Source of the DNA: Longimicrobiales bacterium
GTDB lineage: Bacteria; Gemmatimonadota; Gemmatimonadetes; Longimicrobiales; Gaopeijiaceae
Assembly (NCBI GenBank): GCA_965204735.1
Contig: OZ242008.1
Span: 2,464,001 to 2,528,000 of the forward strand
Direction: 5' to 3'
DNA length: 64,000 bases
Shown piece by piece: positions 27,229-37,664 of the stretch. The notes below the pieces were generated by a model. That model was not told the DNA's origin. It made no database searches and saw only the letters and a list, made by a program, of their open reading frames with translations. How positions within the stretch are numbered: position 1 is the stretch's first letter; every line of letters starts with the position of its first letter. A program made the position numbers and the translations under genes.

Positions 27229-29888
27229 CGACTCAGGCCCTTCACGTACTTCGCTCCGGCCGCCACCGCGTCCCCGACCTTCCGGGGGTCGCCGACCCCG
27301 GCCTGCGCCATGTGGGGCCGTCCCCCGCCCCGACCGTCGGCGACCGCCGCGGCCGCGCGCACCACCGCGTCGGCCCGGACTCCCGCCGCGACGGCGCTGT
27401 CGGTGGCGAAGGCGAAGAGGGCGTGCTTGCCGCCGGGCATCTCCGCCGCCACGACGGCCACGGCCAGGTCCGACGACCGGCGGAAGGCGTCTCCCCAGCT
27501 TCGGGCGTCGCCCGCCCCCTGCACCTTCAGGCGAACGCCTCGGTACGTGCCCGGCCGGCCGTCAACCCGGAAGCCGGTCTCGGCGAGCGTCTCCGCGCCC
27601 CCGCCCGTCTGTCGCAGCTCCGCCACCATCGCCTGCAGGCCGGCCCTCTCGGCCCGCAGCTGCGCGACGCGACGCTCCAAGTTCTCCGGCAGCGTCTTGA
27701 GGGAGGCTGCCAGCCCTTCGATCCGGCGCCGATACGCCGCCAAGTGCCGGAAGGCGGTCGGGCCAGTCACGGCTTCGACCCGGCGCACGCCCGCCGCGAC
27801 GCCCGTTTCCGACGCGACGGAGAAGAGGCCGATCTCGCCCGTGCGGCGCACGTGGGTTCCCCCGCACAGCTCCATGCTGACGCCCGGCACCTCGACCACC
27901 CTCACCTCGGCGCCGTACTTCTCGCCGAAGAGGGCCATGGCCCCGGCCCGCACCGCCTCCTGGAAGGGCCTGACGCCGGTCCGAACGGGGTGGTCGGCCC
28001 AGACGGCCTCGTTGACCCGGGCCTCCACCGACGCGACCTCGTCGGCGGTCATCGGGGCCGTGTGGGCGAAGTCGAAGCGGAGGCGGTCCGGCGCGACCAG
28101 CGAGCCCCGCTGCGCCACGTGGCCGCCCAGAGCCGCGCGAAGGGCCGCGTGCAGGAGGTGCGTGGCCGTGTGGTTCCGCTCGGTGTCGTGGCGAGGACCT
28201 TCGTGGAGCTGGGCGACCACTTGCGACCCGACCAACTCCCCGCCTTCTGCGGAGAACTCCGCGCCGGGCCGTCCTCGGACCCACGTCAAGTCGCCGTCCC
28301 GGACCACGTCCTCCACCTCCATCGTCCAGCCGTCGCCCCGCACCTGCCCCCGGTCCGACACCTGGCCGCCGCCCTCGGCGTAGAAGGGGTTGTCCTCCAG
28401 CGCCATCTCCACGGCGCCGCCCCCTCGCCGGAAGCCGATCACCCTGGTGGCCGCCGAACGCGCTTCGTAGCCCGCAAAGCGCTGACGCGCATCGTCGGCC
28501 ACCTCTTGGCAGGCGAAGGCGCTCCGGCCCGAGTCGGCGCCCTCTCCGCTCCCGGCCGTCCGATCCGCCCGGGAACGTTCCCGCTGCTGGGCCAGCGCCG
28601 CCTCGAAGCCCTCCATGTCCACGTCCCAGCCCCGCTCGCCCGCCATGAGGCGGGTCAGGTCCGCGGGAAAGCCGAAGGTGTCGTAGAGCCGAAACACCTC
28701 GGCGCCGGCGACCACGGGACGAGGCCGGGTTCCTTCCGGCACGGGCGGGGCCACGGCGTCGAGGCGTCCCGTTCCCTCGCCGATCGTGGCCAGGAAGCGT
28801 TCCTCTTCGGCCCTGGTGGTGGCCAGGAGGTGCTCCCGCCGGGCGGCCAGCTCCGGGTAGGCGTCCGCCATCTCGGCGGCCACGGCGTCCACTACGGCGT
28901 CGAGGGTCGGCTCCCGGCGTCCCAGCAGCCAGGCGTGACGGACGCCCCTGCGCAGGATGCGCCGCAGCACGTAGCCGCGCCCTTCGTTGGACGGAAACAC
29001 GCCGTCGGCCAGAAGGAACGCCACCGCCCGCGCGTGGTCGGCCAGCACCCGATACGAGACGCCTTCCTGCGCGCCGGGCCGATAGGGGCGCCCCACCGCC
29101 TCCGCCACGCGGTCCAGCAACGGCAGGAAGAGGTCCGTGTGGTAGTTGGCGTCGGCTTTCTGAAGCACGGCCGCCAGCCGCTCCAGCCCCGCCCCCGTGT
29201 CGATGCTGGGCGCCGGCAGCGGACGCAGCGTCCCGGCTTCGTCCCGGTCGAACTGCATGAACACCAAGTTCCAGAGCTCCAGGAACTCGCCGGCCTCGCC
29301 TCGGGCTTCGAACTCCGCCGTGCCCGGCGCGACGGCCCGATCCTCCCGGGGCCGCAGGTCGTAGTGCACCTCGGAGCAGGGACCGCACGGCCCCGTGTCC
29401 GCCATCTGCCAGAAGTTGTCCTTGTCGCCCAGTCGGTGGATCCGCTCCCGGGGCACGCCCGCCACCTTCTCCCAGAGGTCCTCCGCCTCGCCGTCGGTGC
29501 GGTGCACGGTGACGAAGAGGCGATCCGGGTCCAGCCCCAGGTCCCCGGTCAGGAACTCCCAGGCGTACTCGACCGCTTCGCGCTTGAAGTAGTCGCCGAA
29601 GGAGAAGTTCCCGAGCATCTCGAAGAAGGTGTGGTGCCGCGCCGTCCGCCCCACTTCTTCCAGGTCGTTGTGCTTCCCTCCCGCGCGCACGCACTTCTGC
29701 GAGGTGACCGCCCGCCGGAACGGCAGCTCGTCCCGACCCAGGAACGCTCCCTTGAACTGGACCATCCCCGCGTTCGTGAAGAGCAGGGTGGGGTCGTCGG
29801 CGGGCACCAGCGGGGAGCTGGGGCGGACCTCGTGACCTCTAGCCTGGAAGAAATCGAGGAACTTCCGGCGGACCTGAGCGGCTCTCAT
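27225..29888 (-). CDS. alaS: Alanine--tRNA ligase
   Basis: DPTLLFTNAGMVQFK, HHTFFEMLGNFSFGDYFK, GPCGPCSE, NHTATHLLH, ELCGGTH. Confidence 0.98.
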   Translation of the reverse strand: MRAAQVRRKFLDFFQARGHEVRPSSPLVPADDPTLLFTNAGMVQFKGAFLGRDELPFRRAVTSQKCVRAGGKHNDLEEVGRTARHHTFFEMLGNFSFGDYFKREAVEYAWEFLTGDLGLDPDRLFVTVHRTDGEAEDLWEKVAGVPRERIHRLGDKDNFWQMADTGPCGPCSEVHYDLRPREDRAVAPGTAEFEARGEAGEFLELWNLVFMQFDRDEAGTLRPLPAPSIDTGAGLERLAAVLQKADANYHTDLFLPLLDRVAEAVGRPYRPGAQEGVSYRVLADHARAVAFLLADGVFPSNEGRGYVLRRILRRGVRHAWLLGRREPTLDAVVDAVAAEMADAYPELAARREHLLATTRAEEERFLATIGEGTGRLDAVAPPVPEGTRPRPVVAGAEVFRLYDTFGFPADLTRLMAGERGWDVDMEGFEAALAQQRERSRADRTAGSGEGADSGRSAFACQEVADDARQRFAGYEARSAATRVIGFRRGGGAVEMALEDNPFYAEGGGQVSDRGQVRGDGWTMEVEDVVRDGDLTWVRGRPGAEFSAEGGELVGSQVVAQLHEGPRHDTERNHTATHLLHAALRAALGGHVAQRGSLVAPDRLRFDFAHTAPMTADEVASVEARVNEAVWADHPVRTGVRPFQEAVRAGAMALFGEKYGAEVRVVEVPGVSMELCGGTHVRRTGEIGLFSVASETGVAAGVRRVEAVTGPTAFRHLAAYRRRIEGLAASLKTLPENLERRVAQLRAERAGLQAMVAELRQTGGGAETLAETGFRVDGRPGTYRGVRLKVQGAGDARSWGDAFRRSSDLAVAVVAAEMPGGKHALFAFATDSAVAAGVRADAVVRAAAAVADGRGGGRPHMAQAGVGDPRKVGDAVAAGAKYVKGLSR

Positions 29889-30044
29889 GGGATCGGCAAG
29901 GCGGAAGAGCAGGCGGGGAGACGGAAGGCGCCGTCGGCAACCGACGAAACGGCGCCGGACGGAGACCGCGGGAGGACTGGACTCCGAAAGCTAGTCCAAC
30001 CGGCCCGTCCCGCCCCATCCGGCGCCGCCCGGCCCGGGCCTCGG

Positions 30045-31178
30045 CTACACCACCCTTACCGCCGGCCCTTCCCTCCGCTCGGAGGCGGGAGCGCCGACCG
30101 AATCCGACTTCGACGCTCCGCCGGCCTCGGCGTCCTGCCGATCTTCGGGCTCCCCGATCCCCAGCGCCGCCAGCAGGCGGTCCTCGATCTCCTTCGCCAC
30201 GTCCTCGTTCTCGGCCAGGAAGCCTCGGACGTTCTCCTTTCCCTGTCCCAGCCGCAGGTCGTCCAGGGAGAACCACGAACCGGACTTCGTCACGATGCGG
30301 TGCTCCACGCCCAGGTCGATGAGGAGCCCGGTGTGGCTGATCCCCTGCGCGTAGAGGATGTCGAACTCGGCCTGCTTGAAGGGAGGCGCGCACTTGTTCT
30401 TGACCACCTTGACCCGGGTCCGGTTGCCGATGACTTCCTGGCCCTCCTTGATCGCCCCGATCCTCCGGATGTCCATCCGCAGCGAAGCGTAGAACTTGAG
30501 GGCCCGCCCCCCCGTCGTGGTCTCGGGCGAACCGAACATCACCCCGATCTTCTCCCGGATCTGGTTGGTGAAGATCACCGCGCAGTTGGAGCGGTTCACG
30601 GCCCCGGTCAGCTTCCGAAGGGCTTGGCTCATGAGACGCGCCTGGAGCCCGACGTGGGAGTCGCCCATCTCGCCTTCGATCTCCGCGCGGGGAACCAGCG
30701 CTGCGACCGAGTCCACCACGATCGCGTCCACCGCGTTGCTGCGGATCAGGACCTCGGCGATCTCCAGCGCCTGCTCGCCGGTGTCGGGCTGGGAGACCAG
30801 CAGGTCGTCCACGTTCACTCCCAGCTTCCTTGCGTACTGAACGTCCAGGGCGTGTTCGGCGTCGATGAACGCCGCGATGCCGCCGGCCCTCTGGCTGTTG
30901 GCGATGACGTGGAGGCAGAGCGTCGTCTTGCCCGACGACTCGGGGCCGTAGATCTCGGTGATCCGGCCCTGGGGCACGCCTCCGATGCCGATCGCCGCGT
31001 CCACGTTGATCGCCCCCGTGGAGATGCTGCCGATCTGGAGCGCGGCGCCGTCGGACCCCATGCGCATGATCGCCCCCTTGCCGTACGACCGCTCGATCTG
31101 GGTCACGGCCGTGGCGAGGGCCTTTTCCTTCTGCTTGGCCTCCAGGCCGTTCTTGCTGGATGCTTTCGTTCTGCTCAT
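30045..31178 (-). CDS. recA: Recombinase RecA
   Basis: [51 protein letters not shown]. Confidence 0.99.
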   Translation of the reverse strand: MSRTKASSKNGLEAKQKEKALATAVTQIERSYGKGAIMRMGSDGAALQIGSISTGAINVDAAIGIGGVPQGRITEIYGPESSGKTTLCLHVIANSQRAGGIAAFIDAEHALDVQYARKLGVNVDDLLVSQPDTGEQALEIAEVLIRSNAVDAIVVDSVAALVPRAEIEGEMGDSHVGLQARLMSQALRKLTGAVNRSNCAVIFTNQIREKIGVMFGSPETTTGGRALKFYASLRMDIRRIGAIKEGQEVIGNRTRVKVVKNKCAPPFKQAEFDILYAQGISHTGLLIDLGVEHRIVTKSGSWFSLDDLRLGQGKENVRGFLAENEDVAKEIEDRLLAALGIGEPEDRQDAEAGGASKSDSVGAPASERREGPAVRVV

Positions 31179-31299
31179 CGGTGAGACTCTCCTGTGGGGT
31201 CGAAGCCCTCTTGTGGGGGGAGCGAGTCACGGCGCCGGAAGGCGCGACCGAGCCCATCGGCGGGCGTGGACGTTCGTGAAACGCGAGCGGGCCTTGAAC

Positions 31300-31331
31300 C
31301 GAAGATAAAGCGAAATACCCCCGGAGTTCAA
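31300..31331 (-). promoter_or_regulatory. Candidate recA promoter overlapped by a TTCG-N7-TTCG direct repeat (possible SOS box)
   Basis: Minus strand TTGAAC-N18-TATCTT; plus strand cgaa-gataaag-cgaa at 31300-31314. Confidence 0.4.
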
Positions 31332-31513
31332 GTCCTCCTCTGACAAGGTAGGAGTCCTGGTGGGCGTTTCCATGCCTGGATGGGACTAGATTTCGGCGCC
31401 GCCGGGACGGACCCACCGGGCGGCCCCTCCCGGGGACGGCCAAGTGCGAGCCCCGGGCGGCCCGGCAGCCTGCTCCCCGCAAGACGCTGCTTCCCGCAAA
31501 GACGGACGCGCCG

Positions 31514-32935
31514 ATGACCGCACCAACCCGCGCCTACGACTTGGTGGCCGTCGGCGGCGGCACCGGAGGACTCGTCGCCGCCGCCGGCGCCGCCTACCTG
31601 GGGATGCGTCCTGCGATCGTCGAGAAGACCGCCTTGGGCGGCGACTGCCTCTGGACCGGGTGCGTGCCCTCCAAGGCCCTGATCGCGTCGGCTCGCCTGG
31701 CTCGGAAGATGGACCAGGCCGCAGCCCTCGGTCTCCGCCCGTCCAAGGGGGGCAACCGCGACTTCCGGGCCGTCATGGAGCGGATGCGCGCGGCGCGTTC
31801 CACGGTTGCGCACCACGACGACCCGGAGCGGTTCCGCAAGATGGGGGTCGGCGTTCACTTCGGAGCCGCCCGCTTCCTCGACGCCACCACGGTGGAAGTC
31901 GAGGGGGTGGGCCGCATCCGCTCCAAGCGCATCGTGCTCGCCACGGGCGCGCTTCCTTCGACGCCGCCGATTCCGGGGCTGGCCGAGGCCGGGCACTGGA
32001 ACCACGAGACGGTCTTCGACCAGAACGAGCTTCCCGAGTCGGTGGTCGTGCTGGGCGGCGGACCGATCGGCCTGGAGTTCGCCCAGGTGTTCTCGCGGCT
32101 GGGGGCCAAGACGACGGTGCTGGAGATGGCGCCGTCGATCCTGGTGCGGGAGGACCCGGACGTGTCCGCCTTCATGCAGCGCCTGCTGGAGGCGGAGGGG
32201 ATCGGCGTGCGCACCGGGACGAAGGCGACGCGGGTCCGGGCCGAGAACGGCCGGACGGCGGTGGAGACGGCCGACGGCGAGGCGGTGGCGGCGGGCCGAG
32301 TGTTCGTGGCGACGGGGCGGCAGCCGTGCACCGACGGGCTGGAGCTGGAAGCGGCGGGCGTGCGGACGGAGCGGGGGGCGGTGGTGGTGGACCGATGGCT
32401 GCGGACGTCGGCCGACTCCGTCTGGGCGGTGGGCGACGTGACCGGCGGGCTTCAGTTCACCCACGTCGCCGAGCACATGGCCAAGGCGGCGCTTCGGAAC
32501 GCCGTCGTGCCGGGCAGGGCCCGAGTTTCGTACGACCACGTGCCCTGGGTCACCTACACCGACCCGGAAGTGGCCCGGGTGGGGCTGGGCGAAGCGGAGG
32601 CCGCAGCGGCGGGCGGAACCACGTACCGCTACCAGATGGACGACCTGGACCGGGCGATCGTGGACGCCACGGCGGTCGGGTTCGTGAAGGTCTCGGCAGA
32701 CCGGAGGGGAAAGGTGCTCGGCGCGACGGTCGTCGCCCACGGCGCCGGCGAGATGATCCTGCCCCTGGTGATGGCCAAGCGGCACGGCCTGAGCCTTGCC
32801 CAGGTGGCCGACACCACCTTCCCTTACCCCACCATGGCGGAGGGAGTGAAGCGGGCATCGGGCGAATACATGCGGTCCCGACTGGACACGCTGGCCGGCC
32901 GTGCCCTCAAGCGAGCGATCCGGTGGCTGAAGTAG
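31514..32935 (+). CDS. FAD-dependent pyridine nucleotide-disulfide oxidoreductase (Lpd/MerA-like)
   Basis: GGGTGG, GGDCLWTGCVPSK, GGGPIGLE, YTDPE, PYPTMAE; no C-terminal CC pair. Confidence 0.9.
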   Translation: MTAPTRAYDLVAVGGGTGGLVAAAGAAYLGMRPAIVEKTALGGDCLWTGCVPSKALIASARLARKMDQAAALGLRPSKGGNRDFRAVMERMRAARSTVAHHDDPERFRKMGVGVHFGAARFLDATTVEVEGVGRIRSKRIVLATGALPSTPPIPGLAEAGHWNHETVFDQNELPESVVVLGGGPIGLEFAQVFSRLGAKTTVLEMAPSILVREDPDVSAFMQRLLEAEGIGVRTGTKATRVRAENGRTAVETADGEAVAAGRVFVATGRQPCTDGLELEAAGVRTERGAVVVDRWLRTSADSVWAVGDVTGGLQFTHVAEHMAKAALRNAVVPGRARVSYDHVPWVTYTDPEVARVGLGEAEAAAAGGTTYRYQMDDLDRAIVDATAVGFVKVSADRRGKVLGATVVAHGAGEMILPLVMAKRHGLSLAQVADTTFPYPTMAEGVKRASGEYMRSRLDTLAGRALKRAIRWLK

Positions 32936-34548
32936 AGGACCGGGCTCGGGAGGACCGGGCTCCGGAGGCCAGCGCTCTGGAAGCCAGGGCTCAGGCGCCA
33001 AGGACCGCGTCCGGCCGCAGGGGGGCCGCGCTTCGGCTGGCGGCGCTCGTGCTGATCGTGGTCGGAGGCTTTCTGGCCGCCCGCTTCACCCCCGTCGGCG
33101 AGTACCTGACCCGCGAGGGTGTCGGGGCCGCCGTCGAGCAGCTTCGCAACGCCCCGTGGGCGCCGGTGATCTTCATCGCGGCCTACGCCGTCGCCACCGC
33201 GCTGGCGGTTCCGGGCACGGTCCTCACCTTGGCCGGCGGCGCCGTCTTCGGCTTGGCGTGGGGGACGCTGTACAACGCCGTCGCCGCCAATCTGGGCGCG
33301 AACGGGGCGTTCGCCCTGGCCCGGGGCCTGGGACGGGACGCCGTGCGGCGCTTGGCCGGAGGCGACTCCAAGGCGCTGGCCCGGCTGGACGCCGCGGTGA
33401 GTCGCCACGGCTTCCAGGGGCTCCTGACCCTCCGCCTGATCCCCTTGGTGCCGTTCAACGTCCTCAACTTCGGTTCGGGACTCCTGCCCATGAAGTGGTC
33501 CACCTACGCGGCGGCGACGGCGATCGGCATCCTTCCGGGGACTGCCGTCTACACCTTCTTCGCCGAGGCCCTCCTCCGGGGCTCCCAAGAGGCGTCCAGA
33601 GACGCCCTGGCGCGGCTCTTCCTCGCCGGCGGCCTCCTTGCGCTGCTGAGCTTCCTGCCGGCGATCCTGAAGCGCTGCGGCGCGCGCCTTCCGGGCATGG
33701 GAAGCTTGGCGGTGGCGGCGGCGCTGGGGATCGGCGCGGCGGGCGCGGCCGCGGCCCCGCAACCGACCCCCGACCACGACGCGACCGGGCTTCCCGGCCA
33801 CGACGCCCTGACCCGGGTCCTTTCCGCGGTCGTCGAGGCGGACGGGAGCGTGGACTACCTCCGGCTGGCCGAGAGCTACGAGCGCCCGACCGGGTTGGCC
33901 GCCTACCTCCAGCTGCTGGCGGCCACGAAGGCGGCGGCGCTGGAGACCGCACCGACTCGGGAGCGGCTGGCGTTCTGGATCAACGCCTACAACGCCTGCA
34001 TGCTGAAGCGGGTGATCGAGCACTACCCCATTGCGCCCGCCGGCGGCTTCCGGGGCCTTCGGAACCGGGCTGCGGGACGGCCGGAGAACTCGGTGTGGCA
34101 GATCGAGGACGTGTTCACGGGACCCCACTGCCCGGTGGCCGGGGCGCTTCGCTCGCAGGACGAGATCGAGCACGAGATCGTCCGCCCCATGGGCGACCCG
34201 CGCATCCACTTCGCCGTGAACTGCGCCGCCCGCAGCTGCCCGCCTCTGGTCCCGCAGGCCTACGAGGGCGAATCGATCGACCGGCAGCTCGACCAGCGGG
34301 TCGCCGACTTCATGGCCGACTCGACCCACTTCTCCGTGGCCCGCGCCCACGGGCGCTCCGTGGTGCGGGTCAACAAGGTGCTGGAGTGGTACAAGGAAGA
34401 CTTCGGCGGAGAGGAGGGGGTTCTGTCGTTCCTGGCGGCCTACGCCCAGGGCGCACTGCGGGAAGCGCTGGAGCAGCCGAACGCCAAGCTCGAGTTCTTC
34501 GAATACGACTGGACCCTGAACGACAGCTCGACGGACGTGTCGCGATAG
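32923..34548 (+). CDS. Fusion of TVP38/TMEM64 (VTT/DedA) membrane domain and DUF547 domain
   Basis: VPGTVLTLAGGAVFG, LRLIPLVPFNVLNF, then without a stop LAFWINAYNA, IEHEIVR, DPRIHFAVNCAARSCPPL, WYKEDF, YDWTLND. Confidence 0.88.
   Translation: MAEVEDRAREDRAPEASALEARAQAPRTASGRRGAALRLAALVLIVVGGFLAARFTPVGEYLTREGVGAAVEQLRNAPWAPVIFIAAYAVATALAVPGTVLTLAGGAVFGLAWGTLYNAVAANLGANGAFALARGLGRDAVRRLAGGDSKALARLDAAVSRHGFQGLLTLRLIPLVPFNVLNFGSGLLPMKWSTYAAATAIGILPGTAVYTFFAEALLRGSQEASRDALARLFLAGGLLALLSFLPAILKRCGARLPGMGSLAVAAALGIGAAGAAAAPQPTPDHDATGLPGHDALTRVLSAVVEADGSVDYLRLAESYERPTGLAAYLQLLAATKAAALETAPTRERLAFWINAYNACMLKRVIEHYPIAPAGGFRGLRNRAAGRPENSVWQIEDVFTGPHCPVAGALRSQDEIEHEIVRPMGDPRIHFAVNCAARSCPPLVPQAYEGESIDRQLDQRVADFMADSTHFSVARAHGRSVVRVNKVLEWYKEDFGGEEGVLSFLAAYAQGALREALEQPNAKLEFFEYDWTLNDSSTDVSR
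32935..32994. repeat. 15-bp degenerate tandem repeat x4 (EDRAR EDRAP EASAL EARAQ)
   Basis: gaggaccgggctcgg gaggaccgggctccg gaggccagcgctctg gaagccagggctcag. Confidence 0.7.
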
Positions 34549-34682
34549 AGCGCCCGTCGTCGCCCTCGGCGGGCAAGGGCGAGTCTCTCCGGCGCGCGCA
34601 TCGGTCCTGGAGACCGTCGCGGGACGCGGGCCCGGCCGTCCACGGCTCGGCCCAAGGCGCGGAGAGCCTCGAAGTCGGCATC

Positions 34683-36047
34683 GTGATCCCCGCAATCGAC
34701 GAAGAGGAGGCCCTTCCCGCCCTTCTCGGCGACCTTTCGAGGCTGTCGCTGCCCAACCGAGTCGTGGTCGTGGACGGGGGATCGTCGGACGGAACCGTCG
34801 AGGCCGCTCGGGCCGGCGGCGCCCGGGTCATGCGAAGCCGCCCGGGACGCGCGCGCCAGATGAACGCCGGCGCGGCCTTCCTGCGCTCGCCGTGGCTCCT
34901 CTTCCTCCACGCCGACTCGCGGCTGGACTCGGCGGCCGTCCAGGCGCTGGAGTCTCACGTTCGGCGCCACAAGGCCGGACCCGATCCGGCCCCGGCGGCC
35001 TTCTTCAGCCTCGCCTTCGACCACCCCCACTTCTTCTACCGGCTGATCGAGCGGGGCCAGCGCCTGCGGGAAGAGCGCCTGGGGCTGATCTACGGCGACC
35101 AGGGGCTGCTCGTCCGCCGAGACGCCTTCCTTCGCGCCGGTCCCTGGCCCGACGAGCCGATCATGGAGGACGTGATCATGGCCCGTCGGCTGCGGGACGC
35201 CGGCCAGCTGGTCCGCCTTCCGGCCCACCTGGTCAGCAGCCCCCGGCGCTACGAGGAGGAGGGCAGGCTCCGGGCGTGGCTCCGAAACGCTTGGCTGATC
35301 TCGCAGTTCTTGGCGGGCGCCGAGCCTTCGGGGCTGGCGGCGGCGTATCCGACCCGCCGGGCGCGACTCCGACGGCGAAGCTCGAAGCCTCGGGCCGCCA
35401 CCCTGCTGATCTTCGCCAAGGCGCCCCGTCCGGGGTCGGTGAAGACGAGGCTGGCCCGAGCGCTGGGAGCGGAGACGGCCGCGACCGCATACAGGCGCAT
35501 GGGACGGCTGATCGTCGACCAGCTGGCCGACGCTCCCGCCGAGAGCGTCGTATGCTTCGACCCCCCGGACGCGGAGGACGAAGTGCGGCGGTGGCTGGAG
35601 CAACCGGATCCCAGGCCCGCCAAGCGCGACTCGGGAGAGGCGCAGGCCGCCAGACGCTACCTCCCCCAGGGCGCCGGCGACCTGGGAGCACGGATGTCGC
35701 GGATGTTCGACCAAGCCTTCGAGGGTGGGGGTCCGGTGGTCGTCGTGGGCACCGACGCGCCCGCCGTGGACTCGAGCGCCGTCGTCCGGGCGATCGACGC
35801 CTTGGAGACGGCCGACGTCGTCCTAGGTCCCTCCAGCGACGGCGGCTACTACCTCATGGCCCTTCGCAAGCCGTGCCCCGAACTCTTCCGCTCGGTCCCG
35901 TGGAGCACCTCCGCCGTCCTGTGGGAGACCGCGGAGCGAGCCCGGCGAACGGGGCTGCGCACCACGTACCTGGAGGTGGAGTCGGACATCGACACGGCCG
36001 ACGACCTGACGCCGGAGGCGGCGCGCCTCTTGGGCATCGCCACCTGA
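34683..36047 (+). CDS. Fusion of TIGR04283-type GT2 glycosyltransferase and TIGR04282/DUF2064-type transferase
   Basis: VIPAIDEE, VVDGGSSDGT, GRARQMNAGA, FLHADS, YGDQGL, IMEDV, SPRR; then IFAKAPRPGSVKTRL, QGAGDLGARM, VGTDAP, LGPSSDGGYYL, DIDT. Start uncertain, may extend to ~34545. Confidence 0.88.
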   Translation: MIPAIDEEEALPALLGDLSRLSLPNRVVVVDGGSSDGTVEAARAGGARVMRSRPGRARQMNAGAAFLRSPWLLFLHADSRLDSAAVQALESHVRRHKAGPDPAPAAFFSLAFDHPHFFYRLIERGQRLREERLGLIYGDQGLLVRRDAFLRAGPWPDEPIMEDVIMARRLRDAGQLVRLPAHLVSSPRRYEEEGRLRAWLRNAWLISQFLAGAEPSGLAAAYPTRRARLRRRSSKPRAATLLIFAKAPRPGSVKTRLARALGAETAATAYRRMGRLIVDQLADAPAESVVCFDPPDAEDEVRRWLEQPDPRPAKRDSGEAQAARRYLPQGAGDLGARMSRMFDQAFEGGGPVVVVGTDAPAVDSSAVVRAIDALETADVVLGPSSDGGYYLMALRKPCPELFRSVPWSTSAVLWETAERARRTGLRTTYLEVESDIDTADDLTPEAARLLGIAT

Positions 36048-36093
36048 CGTCGGTACGGCCGACCGGGCCGGGTCCGCTCCCGAGTCCGGCTCG

Positions 36094-37527
36094 CTACTCG
36101 CCCCGGGTCCGCTGCAGGCCGTGCTCGTAGCCTTGCCACACGCCGGGCGAGACGGGCACGTACACGATGTCGAACGGACGCTCGCGGGAACGGTCCGCGA
36201 ACAAGGAAACGCCCTGGTGCTCCCCGACCCGCTCGATGTCGGCGCACTCCAGTCGGAGGGGCTCGCCCGACTTGCTGTACTCGCGCTCCTCGAACTCGAT
36301 GGGCTCGTCGCCGGCGAACCATTCCCTGCCCTGGGCGTAGGCGCCCGCAAAGTCCACGGCCGGCCTCAGCTCCGAGATCGAAACCCGGCTCGGACCCACC
36401 AGCGTGTCGCCCTGGGCGGTGATCGTCACCTGCGCCTGAAGGCCGGTGGCCAAGCAGATCGTGGCCGAGGCGCCCGTGGGCAGGGGCGGCGCGACGGTGC
36501 GCTCCATCACCACGGTGTCCGGCGGCGGCGCCGGGAGCGTCACCGTGTCGGGCATGGGGCGCTCGGCCAGCCGCGGCTTGCACAGGCCGCCCGTCGCTCC
36601 GCAGAAGGCCACCGAGGCGAGGACGCCGAGCTTGCGGCTCCGGAAAGTCGAGTGCTCGTTGTAGTTCAGCCCCAGCGCGAACGCCCCGACTCGAATCCCT
36701 CCCATGTCCAGCTGCAAGCCGGCGTTCACGTCGAAGCCGTTGAACTCGGCCGTCACGTTGAGGAGGCGGTCGTCGCCCAAGCCGACGTGGATCACCGACC
36801 CGGCGAAGATCCCGTCCGACTCGGCGTCGCCGTACAAGTCGAGGTTGCTGCCGGCGCTGAAGAGCCCGCCGCCCCAGCCGACGGTGAGGGAGAAGTCGTG
36901 CTCGGGAAGGAATCCGGCTTCGATCCCCGGAAAGTGGGCGGTGGCCACCGCATAGGGAGTCAGGTTGGACGAGAACTCCCGCGTCTCCTCGCTCCATATT
37001 CGGGCGTCGGGGTATCCCAGGCGGTTGGGACGGTACTCGTCGGTCGCCGGATCGAAGGTGGGCGAGGTCACGTACCGCGCGCCCACGGCCAAGTCGAGAC
37101 CTTCGACCGACGCCGGAAGGACGGAGAGCCGGGCGAAGGCCCCCAGCAGGTCCCCGCCCTCGTTCGCGTCGTCGTAGTGCTGGATCGTGACGCCCAGCTC
37201 GGCCACGTCGAAGAGGCCCAGCGCGATCGAGCCGTCGGAGAGCCACTTCTCGAAGGGGCCGTCGGTGGCGATCACCTCGCCCGCTCGGTTCACCACCAGT
37301 CGGTCGGAGACGGAGAGCCCGAAGCCCGAGTAGGTGCCGGACACCGCCAAGTGCGGCAGCACGGAGGCCGCAGGCACGTCGATCAGGCCGGAGCCGTAGC
37401 GAAGCGTGCTGGGCATCTTCGACGACTGGGAGGACGCGCTTGGGACGACGACGGCGAGGACCAGGACGGCGGCGACGCCGCAGCGGGCGGCCGCGCCGGC
37501 GGGGAGGACGAAAGAACCGAACGTCAT
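36094..37527 (-). CDS. Exported, probable outer-membrane beta-barrel protein (YjbH-like) with Pro-rich linker and C-terminal domain
   Basis: Signal peptide; YGSGLIDVPAASVLPH N-terminal motif; alternating beta-strand pattern; LPAPPPDT linker. Confidence 0.6.
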   Translation of the reverse strand: MTFGSFVLPAGAAARCGVAAVLVLAVVVPSASSQSSKMPSTLRYGSGLIDVPAASVLPHLAVSGTYSGFGLSVSDRLVVNRAGEVIATDGPFEKWLSDGSIALGLFDVAELGVTIQHYDDANEGGDLLGAFARLSVLPASVEGLDLAVGARYVTSPTFDPATDEYRPNRLGYPDARIWSEETREFSSNLTPYAVATAHFPGIEAGFLPEHDFSLTVGWGGGLFSAGSNLDLYGDAESDGIFAGSVIHVGLGDDRLLNVTAEFNGFDVNAGLQLDMGGIRVGAFALGLNYNEHSTFRSRKLGVLASVAFCGATGGLCKPRLAERPMPDTVTLPAPPPDTVVMERTVAPPLPTGASATICLATGLQAQVTITAQGDTLVGPSRVSISELRPAVDFAGAYAQGREWFAGDEPIEFEEREYSKSGEPLRLECADIERVGEHQGVSLFADRSRERPFDIVYVPVSPGVWQGYEHGLQRTRGE

Positions 37528-37664
37528 CTGTTCACTCTCGGCTGAAGGGTCCGAAGATCCTGGTGCTCGCAACCCACGGACAAAGCTGGGGGCAGGGGCC
37601 CGTCGGTCCGGCAGGCGCACTTGTCTTGAAGATAATCGTTTCCGATGGGAACGACAGACCAGCT

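Noticed and set aside
31514..32935. Mercuric reductase merA
   Set aside because: No C-terminal Cys-Cys, no N-terminal metal-binding domain and no mer genes nearby.
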